Shown here in pieces: positions 47,456 through 54,786 of a stretch of 57,627 bases of DNA (position 1 is its first letter; every line of letters begins with the position of its first letter). A model generated the notes under the pieces. It made no database searches. It was not told the DNA's origin and worked only from the letters and a program-made list of their open reading frames with translations. The stretch lies in IMG/VR virus record IMGVR_UViG_3300031702_000006, positions 1-57,627 of that record; one strand, written 5' to 3'. Source of the DNA: a virus (Duplodnaviria > Caudoviricetes). A program made the translations under genes and the position numbers.

Positions 47456-49996
47456 TTAACAGGTTGATGTATTTAATAATTGTCCGCTAGCTGCAACGTT
47501 GTATAAAATACTACCATCAGTAAACTGACCGGAGCTTCCGCTAACACCTATCGTTATGTTAGTACCGTTGTTTGCGGTAAATATAAATTCTCCACCCACA
47601 GGCCCATTAGGACTAGATGGAGCTCCTCCGCTTGATGTTCCATAGAAGCGAGTTACTATATTAGATTGATTATCACACGGAACTGGTGGATCGCCAGGAG
47701 GCTGTTGGTATTGATTTATCGTCATGCTCACAGGTTGTAAAGGATAAATCACAGTGACCGCGTTTTCACTTGTTGTCGTTTGTCTTACATTAGATCCTGC
47801 AGCTGCTACGGCGGTAAGTGTTGCTTGAGCCGGATTAAATGTAGCTGGCGTAATAGTTAAAACTGAAGGAGCAATTGCTACCAAAGTAGCAGACCAAGTT
47901 ACTGTAGCACCTACAGGGATGTTGGTTTGCGTTGGATTTTCTTCGTTAGTGAAACTAAATGAAGTACCATTAACATTACACGTGGCAGTTAAAGTTGCAT
48001 TAGTACCTAAAATTAAACCAGTTACATTAGTAGTCTTAATACCATACTGCGAAGTTGTTGTGGCTGCTTGAACTTCAGCCACTACATTAACTGTAAATGC
48101 AGATCCAATTGTTTGTGTTGGCGTAACTACTGTGGCTGTCGGAGTTCCTACAAAAGAATAAGCTATATCATTTAATGTAGGAGTAGCACTATTTAAAGTT
48201 ATTGACGTGCCTGCGGTTGCCGCTATTGTTTGACTAGGAACATTTCCAGAAACAGCATTTGCACCTGCTGTGTTAAGGACAGTTATTTTGCTATTATTAA
48301 ACCCGGCAGGTGTTCCAGTTATAGTGAAATTAGTAGTAATTGTTGAAGTTGAGCTTATAGCTTCATACGTTGCGTCAACAGATCCAGTAACAGTTTGATC
48401 AACTGTTGCAGTTCCTGCTTCGGTTACTGTCGGTGGAGATGCGTTAGTGAAAGGAGAATTCCATTGATATAGATTCTGATCAATTATTTTTGCTATTAAA
48501 GTAAAACTATAATTTAAAGAACCTATATCAGCCTGCGTATCGCCTGGCAAACTTCCACCACCATCTCTAGTCCAATTCCATATAGTACCTTCACCTCCAG
48601 CTGTATTACTTCCTAAACTACCATTAGCCGCTAACGTGACTGTTACGGTGTTAGCAACTCTTTGAGCTATAGTTGCTGTCATTGTATTTGTGACTGATGT
48701 TACACCAGCAATAAAATTTCTTGTTGGTTGATTGACGGATACCGCCGTAGAGAAGTAGTAACTTGCGTTAACAGTCGCCCCACTATTAAAAGTATACGGA
48801 GTTCCTATAAGGCCAGGTCCTTTAGTATCGCCATTTTGGGCACCGGTTACGGTAAATCCTGATGGACCTAATAAGGCAGCTGGGCCAACACCCGTGACGT
48901 CTAAAGCTAGTGTAACTGTTTCTGTTACTGGTGGGGTTGCTGGATTAGCAATGGTTAAATATAAGAAATTAGGATCTTTAGTGCCTAAGTTAGTATACTC
49001 AAGCTCTGTCAATGTTACTATTTGATTAGCGATAGGTACTGTGCCTGAGAAACCACTTGCGCTTTTATCGAAAGTATGCGTTATAGCATCGCCATTAGTT
49101 CCTCCGCCTGAATTAGCGTCTATATATGTCTTAACAGCTGTCAACGCTGTTACCGGTATAGATTCGAATGTTGTGGTTTTAACATCTCCAGCAGTGTTAC
49201 CACCTAGATGGTTAAACGCTATATAGTCTAATGGATCTGCAACCGTAGCCGCTTCACTTACTTCGATGTAATTATTATTACCTACTAAATCAACTGCTAG
49301 TGTTGGGTTCACTGTAGACACTCCAGTGCCTTGAAGTTTTAGACCTACGCCTGCGGATACAGACACTACAGATCCAACGTTTGTGTTGTTAGCTGTTATA
49401 GTTACTGCACCAGTTCCACCGGTGGGTGATATAGATATACCTACTCCTTCTACTATACTGGTTACACCGGTATTTATAAGTTGCACTGTACCTACACCTG
49501 TAGTAGGGGTTACACTAACACCTACGCCTGTTGTTATTTTTTCTACCACGTTCTGTGGACCTTGTATCTGTACATCTACTACTCCACCTTGGCTGCTAGC
49601 AAAAACTCCATCACCTGAAAAATTTATAGAAGTAACTGAATTAGTAAGTTCAGCTCCATCGCTTGATATAGATACCCCGCTATTAGTTGTAGGTATAGCC
49701 CATTGGCCGTCGCCTCTGTAGAATGTAGTAGCTGATGGCGTGCCTCCGTTTTGAGCCAAGCCAATTGTTATCGTACCTGGAGCAGGACCAGTTATTGGAC
49801 CACCTGTTGCCGTAAGAAAAGCATCTGTTGCTAGTTGAACAGAGGTAACTGTACCAGCTGAAGCTATTTGACCAACTAAAGCAGCTACTTGCCCCATGGT
49901 ATAACTAACCGTGGTGTTTTCGTTGCTAACATCAGTACCTATCAGTAGGTCTTCAGCTGTTGGCGTTGAGCCCGGGTATGAATAAATTATTGACAT
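47456..49996 (-). CDS. second fibre / spike-like structural protein
   Basis: shares the MSIIYSYP N-terminus with the long fibre; GTVTSV and TTFYRGDGQW motifs; Thr-rich Ig-like repeats. Confidence 0.75.
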   Translation of the reverse strand: MSIIYSYPGSTPTAEDLLIGTDVSNENTTVSYTMGQVAALVGQIASAGTVTSVQLATDAFLTATGGPITGPAPGTITIGLAQNGGTPSATTFYRGDGQWAIPTTNSGVSISSDGAELTNSVTSINFSGDGVFASSQGGVVDVQIQGPQNVVEKITTGVGVSVTPTTGVGTVQLINTGVTSIVEGVGISISPTGGTGAVTITANNTNVGSVVSVSAGVGLKLQGTGVSTVNPTLAVDLVGNNNYIEVSEAATVADPLDYIAFNHLGGNTAGDVKTTTFESIPVTALTAVKTYIDANSGGGTNGDAITHTFDKSASGFSGTVPIANQIVTLTELEYTNLGTKDPNFLYLTIANPATPPVTETVTLALDVTGVGPAALLGPSGFTVTGAQNGDTKGPGLIGTPYTFNSGATVNASYYFSTAVSVNQPTRNFIAGVTSVTNTMTATIAQRVANTVTVTLAANGSLGSNTAGGEGTIWNWTRDGGGSLPGDTQADIGSLNYSFTLIAKIIDQNLYQWNSPFTNASPPTVTEAGTATVDQTVTGSVDATYEAISSTSTITTNFTITGTPAGFNNSKITVLNTAGANAVSGNVPSQTIAATAGTSITLNSATPTLNDIAYSFVGTPTATVVTPTQTIGSAFTVNVVAEVQAATTTSQYGIKTTNVTGLILGTNATLTATCNVNGTSFSFTNEENPTQTNIPVGATVTWSATLVAIAPSVLTITPATFNPAQATLTAVAAAGSNVRQTTTSENAVTVIYPLQPVSMTINQYQQPPGDPPVPCDNQSNIVTRFYGTSSGGAPSSPNGPVGGEFIFTANNGTNITIGVSGSSGQFTDGSILYNVAASGQLLNTSTC

Positions 49997-50008
49997 ATAA
50001 TGTTTTTG

Positions 50009-50107
50009 TTAAATTGTAACTGGAATTGTACCTATATACATGTTAGTAACAGGTAGTATTCCGATATATATATTAGTTATTGGTTTTATACCTATTTTTA
50101 CCGCCAT
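50009..50107 (-). CDS. 32-aa triple-repeat peptide, first gene of late block
   Basis: hand-translated MAVKIGIKPITNIYIGILPVTNMYIGTIPVTI; lies downstream of a late-promoter motif. Confidence 0.65.
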   Translation of the reverse strand: MAVKIGIKPITNIYIGILPVTNMYIGTIPVTI

Positions 50108-50135
50108 AGTGTTGCTTGTTAGTTGTTATACTCTA

Positions 50136-50164
50136 TATACTTACAGGTTTTACATGTGTTTTAC
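50136..50164 (-). promoter_or_regulatory. putative late promoter heading the structural block
   Basis: GTAAA-N15-GTAAGTATA. Confidence 0.5.
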
Positions 50165-50203
50165 TATTCTTACATAACCTAATACCGGTAATTTTACAAA
50201 ACA

Positions 50204-50247
50204 GTGACACTTGCCCCTTACTAGTAACCTTAACAGGCTAATGTCAC
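50204..50247. repeat. operator-like element, copy 1
   Basis: GTGACACT-N19-TAACAGGCTAATGTCAC; recurs at 56285. Confidence 0.75.
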
Positions 50248-50528
50248 TAAAATATGCTATTATAGGGAAGTAAAGTCTTATACCCTATCTGCTTGACTGT
50301 CAGCCACTTACCAAAACGGTTTTCATTTAGCCCACGGCCCCACATTTTTCAGCATTTTGCCGAAACATTCCGGCTTTTACTAGCATATACCCCTAGTATT
50401 TCAGGCTTTACTATGCATAAACTATATTTATAGTTGCATATATACTATAACATATCATTATACTATTACTATAGGCTATATCTATACTATATTACTATTA
50501 TATAACTATTATTTATAGCTAAAGCATA

Positions 50529-50554
50529 TGACAGTGTGTCATGACATTGTGTCA
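50529..50554. repeat. tandem TGACA-N3-TGTCA palindromes
   Basis: TGACAgtgTGTCA TGACAttgTGTCA. Confidence 0.75.
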
Positions 50555-50606
50555 CTGCATTATACATTAACATACTATTATATAAATAAATATATACACA
50601 CCTTTA

Positions 50607-50638
50607 TACAAACTAAATACGATATCATATGGATAATA
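50607..50638 (+). promoter_or_regulatory. early promoter-like repeat 1
   Basis: TACAAACTAAATACGA-N8-GGATAATA. Confidence 0.8.
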
Positions 50639-50683
50639 TATATGTAAGCAAGCAACGAAGCTCTTACGCCTAATATCACTACA

Positions 50684-50860
50684 ATGACTGTACAAAACTT
50701 AGCTAAGCTAGAATTAGCGAAAATGAATGAAAGTTATTATGGTAGCGAAAAGCAGATAGCTAAAGAAATAGTTATAATGAAAGCTAGTAAGATAGAAATG
50801 CTTTACAATGAAACCATAGAAGAATGGCTTTACAAAGTAAGTACGAGTATAGCTGGATAA
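50684..50860 (+). CDS. small early protein (58 aa, MTVQNLAKLE...)
   Basis: hand-translated; lies between repeats 1 and 2. Confidence 0.55.
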   Translation: MTVQNLAKLELAKMNESYYGSEKQIAKEIVIMKASKIEMLYNETIEEWLYKVSTSIAG

Positions 50861-50862
50861 TA
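50831..50862 (+). promoter_or_regulatory. early promoter-like repeat 2
   Basis: TACAAAGTAAGTACGA-N8-GGATAATA. Confidence 0.8.
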
Positions 50863-50915
50863 CTAGTGAGAGTTTTATAGAATTGATTGCCTCTAAAATA
50901 TTAATCAATGAAAAA

Positions 50916-51023
50916 TGAGTGAATGGATTAGTGTAAACCACGATAGCTAGTAAGTTTGAGAAACTTGCATATAAAAAATAGTTCCGTCGATGTGTCCAGA
51001 AAGTTCGATTCTTTCTCACTCAA
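50916..51023 (+). ncRNA. tRNA-like RNA with non-canonical interior
   Basis: 7-bp acceptor TGAGTGA/TCACTCA, T-arm GAAAG-TTCGATT-CTTTC, no normal D or anticodon arm. Confidence 0.6.
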
Positions 51024-51037
51024 CTAAAATTATAAAT

Positions 51038-51172
51038 ATGAATGCAATAGAATTTGTAGGCGAAATGGATCGTCTAGCAGAAGTACACTTCGGCGAATTT
51101 GGTTATGCTACATGTAGCAGTGATGAACAAAAAGTAGTTATTAAACTGTTATTACACAACTTAAAAAAGTAA
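51038..51172 (+). CDS. small early protein
   Basis: MNAIEFVG...HFGEFGYATCS; ATG after the tRNA-like element. Confidence 0.65.
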   Translation: MNAIEFVGEMDRLAEVHFGEFGYATCSSDEQKVVIKLLLHNLKK

Positions 51173-51305
51173 ATATGAATAAAGTAAACAAGTTAATACA
51201 AACCTATTCAAACCCAAATATGAATAGAGAAAAGCTAAGTTATAAAATAAAAGACTATTATAACTTAAATGAAAGCGAAAGATTACATTTTTTATACTGG
51301 ATATA

Positions 51306-51485
51306 ATGATTAAAGAATTTGAATGGAACAAAGATACTTTAGAGTATTTTAGAAAGCATAACAAAATAGATTATGATAAGCAAAGTGAAATGAGAATGTT
51401 TGTAGAAAACAATTGTGTTTTAGAAGACGGTGAAAGCTATGAAGATTTAATAAAAGATTTAGAACTACAAAGTAAATACGAATAA
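51306..51485 (+). CDS. small early protein (59 aa, MIKEFEWNK...)
   Basis: hand-translated; ends inside repeat 3. Confidence 0.6.
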   Translation: MIKEFEWNKDTLEYFRKHNKIDYDKQSEMRMFVENNCVLEDGESYEDLIKDLELQSKYE

Positions 51486-51497
51486 AAAAGGATAATA
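51466..51497 (+). promoter_or_regulatory. early promoter-like repeat 3
   Basis: TACAAAGTAAATACGA-N8-GGATAATA. Confidence 0.8.
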
Positions 51498-51502
51498 CTA
51501 AT

Positions 51503-51631
51503 ATGAATAATATATACGACAAGAAGTTTGAAATCTACTTAGTAAAAAAAGGTTTTAACTTAGATACTATTAGCTTACAAGAATGCTTAACACAAATCAA
51601 AATATGGAAAAGGAATATCGCAAGCGTATAG
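51503..51631 (+). CDS. small early protein (42 aa)
   Basis: ATG 5 nt after repeat 3 (leaderless-like). Confidence 0.45.
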   Translation: MNNIYDKKFEIYLVKKGFNLDTISLQECLTQIKIWKRNIASV

Positions 51632-51713
51632 GTTATTTATCTACAAGAAGTAGATTTTGCTTAACCAGTAGAAAACAATTATTACAGTTACAAAAAGAAT
51701 TAAAAACATTATT

Positions 51714-51944
51714 ATGCAAATAGAAATAGACACTGTAGACTTACAGAACACACTCGAGCAATTATATGATCGCAAAGTAAAATTAGTTGCGTATGCGAGC
51801 GCTGATGGATTAGATACATTAGTACTTGAAGGAAATGAGGAAGATCTTTTTAATTTCTACTTAGAATCTTTCAATCCATTTAATGAATGGACTAATACAG
51901 ATGTTGTAAGATCAGAGTTTTTTGCTCACATACTTACAAAGTAA
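51714..51944 (+). CDS. small acidic early protein
   Basis: ORF track; stop lies inside repeat 4. Confidence 0.65.
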   Translation: MQIEIDTVDLQNTLEQLYDRKVKLVAYASADGLDTLVLEGNEEDLFNFYLESFNPFNEWTNTDVVRSEFFAHILTK

Positions 51945-51966
51945 ATACGATAATAAACGGATAATA
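51935..51966 (+). promoter_or_regulatory. early promoter-like repeat 4
   Basis: TACAAAGTAAATACGA-N8-GGATAATA. Confidence 0.8.
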
Positions 51967-51981
51967 TAATAAACAAACAAT

Positions 51982-52233
51982 ATGAATCAAATGCAAACAC
52001 CAAACGAGTACTTACATCAAATGCAAGAAGCATTAAGCGATTATGAGGTTAACGAAGATAATCATTACGACTATTTACATGAAGTCATAGACACTATGGT
52101 GATATATACATCGACTTGTAAACAAATTATAAACGATTTAGATTACGATATATTTCAAGAACACGAATTTGGTCAAGCTAAAAGTTACGAACAAGCAGCA
52201 TTTTGCGCACTATACGATTTATACACAGCATAA
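51982..52233 (+). CDS. acidic early protein, Ocr-like DNA mimic candidate
   Basis: YDYLHEVIDTMVIY resembles the Ocr-family D.IHE..D..V..Y pattern; very few basic residues. Confidence 0.5.
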   Translation: MNQMQTPNEYLHQMQEALSDYEVNEDNHYDYLHEVIDTMVIYTSTCKQIINDLDYDIFQEHEFGQAKSYEQAAFCALYDLYTA

Positions 52234-52234
52234 T

Positions 52235-52396
52235 ATGACAGACAAACAAATAGAAATACTAGACAGAACAGACAAGATCAAGCTACTAAACATAGATGGC
52301 AAAGTAAATTACATTTATAATGGCTTTAGAGAGCATTTTCCTAAAGAAACACTAGATGAAGCAAGAGAATATTTTAAATCAAATCTAACCAAGTAA
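52235..52396 (+). CDS. small early protein
   Basis: MTDKQIEILD...; ATG just after the previous stop. Confidence 0.6.
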   Translation: MTDKQIEILDRTDKIKLLNIDGKVNYIYNGFREHFPKETLDEAREYFKSNLTK

Positions 52397-52550
52397 TATG
52401 AAAAACGAAGACATAATAGCGCAATACAATATGCTACTAGATGCAGAGCTAGAAATTTACTTACAACAACAACAATACGAAAACTTATATGAGTAGAAAA
52501 TTTAAACTAAGACACAGTAACTTTTTTAACAAACCAAAAACCAGAACAAT

Positions 52551-52775
52551 ATGAATATGACAGAACTTAAACAATACATGATAGATAACAAGCGAATCAA
52601 AGTAGCTCAATGGAATAAAGATCGTCAAGGCAATCACTGTCAAGGCTTTACACAAAAAGAGTTTGAACAGTCTATGGAAGTTGATAGAATTAAATCTAGA
52701 ACGCGTAGAACCCACTCTAAAGGCAATCACTGGAATTTTAATGATACTAAAAACAGAGAGCTTTTTACAAAGTAA
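52551..52775 (+). CDS. small basic early protein
   Basis: ORF track; stop lies inside repeat 5. Confidence 0.65.
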   Translation: MNMTELKQYMIDNKRIKVAQWNKDRQGNHCQGFTQKEFEQSMEVDRIKSRTRRTHSKGNHWNFNDTKNRELFTK

Positions 52776-52797
52776 ATACGAGTACAAGTGGATAATA
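52766..52797 (+). promoter_or_regulatory. early promoter-like repeat 5
   Basis: TACAAAGTAAATACGA-N8-GGATAATA. Confidence 0.8.
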
Positions 52798-52810
52798 TAA
52801 TAAACAATAT

Positions 52811-53155
52811 ATGAGAATCAAAAGAAATTTAATGAATCAAATGATAGCTGAAGACGTAATGTCAGGCGTGTGGCCAGCTTATCACAACAGTAAAAACGGT
52901 AATAAGTGTTGGAGCTTATACAGAGGCTCTAAAGGGCTTTATTCAGAAGCCAATACTAATAGTCCTAAGAACACTTTAGTCTTACACAACGGCTCTCAAA
53001 GCTCTTACGTTTCACTATCGTGTGACAGCTTAGAGATGGCTGAGTATATAACTAATCACGAAATGAACTTCACTAAAACTTTAAAGCGTGACAAAGCAAG
53101 GTCAGAGTATCTAGCTAGCGAAGAAGGTAAATGGGGTAGACAAGACAGCTTTTAA
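52811..53155 (+). CDS. early hypothetical protein
   Basis: ORF track; directly after repeat 5. Confidence 0.7.
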   Translation: MRIKRNLMNQMIAEDVMSGVWPAYHNSKNGNKCWSLYRGSKGLYSEANTNSPKNTLVLHNGSQSSYVSLSCDSLEMAEYITNHEMNFTKTLKRDKARSEYLASEEGKWGRQDSF

Positions 53156-53160
53156 CGTCA

Positions 53161-53278
53161 GCGCAAGGTAGTTTATAAAAGGTAAAACGTTATAGCTTAT
53201 GATGCACGATATGTGAATTACGTAATAGCATAGAGAGGCTAGGTTATAATCTAGCGGGTTCAAATCCCGCTCTTGCGC
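53161..53278 (+). ncRNA. tRNA-like RNA with expanded anticodon arm
   Basis: acceptor GCGCAAGG/TCTTGCGC, D-arm GTTT..GG..AAAC, stem TTATAGC/GTTATAA enclosing about 46 nt, T-arm GCGGG-TTCAAAT-CCCGC. Confidence 0.75.
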
Positions 53279-53283
53279 CTAAA

Positions 53284-53354
53284 GCGAGATTGGCAGAATG
53301 GTTATGCATTGCCCTTCCAAGGCAACCAAGCAGGTTCGATTCCTGTATCTCGCT
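53284..53354 (+). tRNA. tRNA-Gly(TCC)
   Basis: full cloverleaf: GCGAGAT/ATCTCGC, TTGCC-CTTCCAA-GGCAA, T-loop TTCGATT, U discriminator; CCA not encoded. Confidence 0.93.
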
Positions 53355-53359
53355 CAACT

Positions 53360-53391
53360 TACAAACTAAATACGAACACAATAGGATAATA
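53360..53391 (+). promoter_or_regulatory. early promoter-like repeat 6
   Basis: TACAAACTAAATACGA-N8-GGATAATA. Confidence 0.8.
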
Positions 53392-53408
53392 TAATAAAAC
53401 AAAACAAT

Positions 53409-53750
53409 ATGACAACATTAGAAAAATTTCAAGAAGTAGCAAACATCGAATTTATTCAAACGCCTTCGCTTGCAGATATAGAGATCGGCGAATTAAATAC
53501 AGCTGACGGCTACGAATTATTTTATGTAACGCAAGACATTCAAAATTTAAACTACGAAAACGAATTGTTCTACTACAAGCCAGATTTTGATACTATCATG
53601 AGCGAAATATTAAATGCTAGAATATCATCAAATGTAGTCACAGTTTTTGTATACGATGTTGATGACCACTTTGACGAGTTCTACATGCTTGACTATATTG
53701 AAAGTGAAATAGATGAAGAAGAATTTGAAAAGTTCACAGAAAATGCATAA
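53409..53750 (+). CDS. highly acidic early protein
   Basis: ORF track; D/E-rich; directly after repeat 6. Confidence 0.7.
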   Translation: MTTLEKFQEVANIEFIQTPSLADIEIGELNTADGYELFYVTQDIQNLNYENELFYYKPDFDTIMSEILNARISSNVVTVFVYDVDDHFDEFYMLDYIESEIDEEEFEKFTENA

Positions 53751-53849
53751 GGCTTGGCGATTATACTTGCTCGATAACAAGAGCTTGACAGAGATAAGCA
53801 AAATGCTTAACATCACTAAAAACAAACTTATTAACGAATACGGATTAAA

Positions 53850-54047
53850 ATGAACAAATTAAAGAAAGTAAACAAAACAAGAATCAAACTTAATGGTAAA
53901 TCTTACAAAGGCTATTTAGTCGGCGATCTACCTCCTACATTTGCTTATATTACAGCAGAAGACATAAACGAGTTTGGCGAAGTAGAAAACACTCCAGGTA
54001 TTAAATCTTGGTTTAATCACAAGGGTTTAACATACATAGGACAATGA
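53850..54047 (+). CDS. small early protein
   Basis: ORF track. Confidence 0.65.
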   Translation: MNKLKKVNKTRIKLNGKSYKGYLVGDLPPTFAYITAEDINEFGEVENTPGIKSWFNHKGLTYIGQ

Positions 54048-54292
54048 GAAAGTTAATATTCCAACTGTACAACGATAATATAATAACAATTGAAGTAGCA
54101 AATCTACTCATAGACCAACACGAAAAATGAAACAATTCGCGCAAGAGAGTTATGATAAATTAAAATCTGTGAAAAGACATAGAATTAATTTCTTTTTAGA
54201 AGAAAACATAAAAGAAATCTTTGGCAAATGTACTAAAGAATTAAAACTACTTGTCTTACAAGACATGATAAGCGACACAAAAAAAACATAAT

Positions 54293-54511
54293 ATGACACA
54301 AAAAGAAAGAAAAGACAGAATATACAACAAAGCGTTTGCAATGATAGCAACGTTAAAGATAGAGATTAAATCTTTAGATGAGACAATCCCTTACTTTGCT
54401 TATACTCAAGATATGATTGATGGGCAAATAAACTTTAAAGAGCGTGAATTAGAACTATGGAATCATATAGCTTTTTTAAACGAACAAGACGAAGTCTGTC
54501 AGATTTACTAA
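54293..54511 (+). CDS. small early protein
   Basis: ORF track. Confidence 0.65.
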   Translation: MTQKERKDRIYNKAFAMIATLKIEIKSLDETIPYFAYTQDMIDGQINFKERELELWNHIAFLNEQDEVCQIY

Positions 54512-54518
54512 TTTAAAT

Positions 54519-54591
54519 TGGTCTATGGTGTAACTGGCAACACGTCTGGTTTTGGTCCAGAAGAGTCTAGGTTCGAGCCCTAGTAGACCAA
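54519..54591 (+). tRNA. tRNA-Gln(TTG)
   Basis: cloverleaf: TGGTCTA/TAGACCA, TCTGG-TTTTGGT-CCAGA, CTAGG-TTCGAGC-CCTAG; CCA not encoded. Confidence 0.93.
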
Positions 54592-54611
54592 CTAACATTA
54601 AACTATATACT

Positions 54612-54761
54612 ATGGCAGGAAATAAATACAATCCACCTAAAAGGCCTTATAAGCCTTATACATACACGCTAAACTATATTAACGAACAAGGTTCTAATGA
54701 AGCTGTTCAAGGTACAGCTAAGCAGATAATGCTACATATTCTTAATCAACATACAAAGTAA
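54612..54761 (+). CDS. small early protein (MAGNKYNPPK...)
   Basis: ATG after the tRNA; stop lies inside repeat 7. Confidence 0.55.
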   Translation: MAGNKYNPPKRPYKPYTYTLNYINEQGSNEAVQGTAKQIMLHILNQHTK

Positions 54762-54783
54762 ATACGAACAATAAAGGATAATA
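54752..54783 (+). promoter_or_regulatory. early promoter-like repeat 7
   Basis: TACAAAGTAAATACGA-N8-GGATAATA. Confidence 0.8.
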
Positions 54784-54786
54784 TAT

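Larger units (their letters stand above)
50165..50606. other. non-coding divergent control region (candidate origin and/or genome end)
   Basis: strand switch, no credible ORF, TGACA/TGTCA palindromes, TACTAT(T)A-rich low-complexity tract. Confidence 0.6.

Noticed and set aside
6872-49721. Numerous + strand ORFs within the late block
   Set aside because: Antisense shadows of long minus-strand genes, with Ser/Leu/Phe/Pro-rich composition and no motifs
41013-49996. Diversity-generating retroelement acting on fibres
   Set aside because: No reverse transcriptase and no adenine-specific template/variable repeat pair seen
50916-51023. tmRNA
   Set aside because: About 108 nt, no GGGG start or G3:U70 alanine identity pair, no tag reading frame
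52626-52735. 12-bp direct repeat AGGCAATCACTG within ORF 52551
   Set aside because: Only two short in-frame copies; likely a small intragenic duplication or chance
54552-54611. N-terminal extension of ORF 54552-54761 (and likewise 50990-51037)
   Set aside because: Overlaps tRNA-Gln (or the tRNA-like element); downstream ATGs are better starts
50607-54783. Early repeats as a CRISPR array
   Set aside because: Spacing is irregular (about 220-1400 bp), intervening DNA is genes and tRNAs, the repeat has a variable 8-nt core, and there are no cas genes
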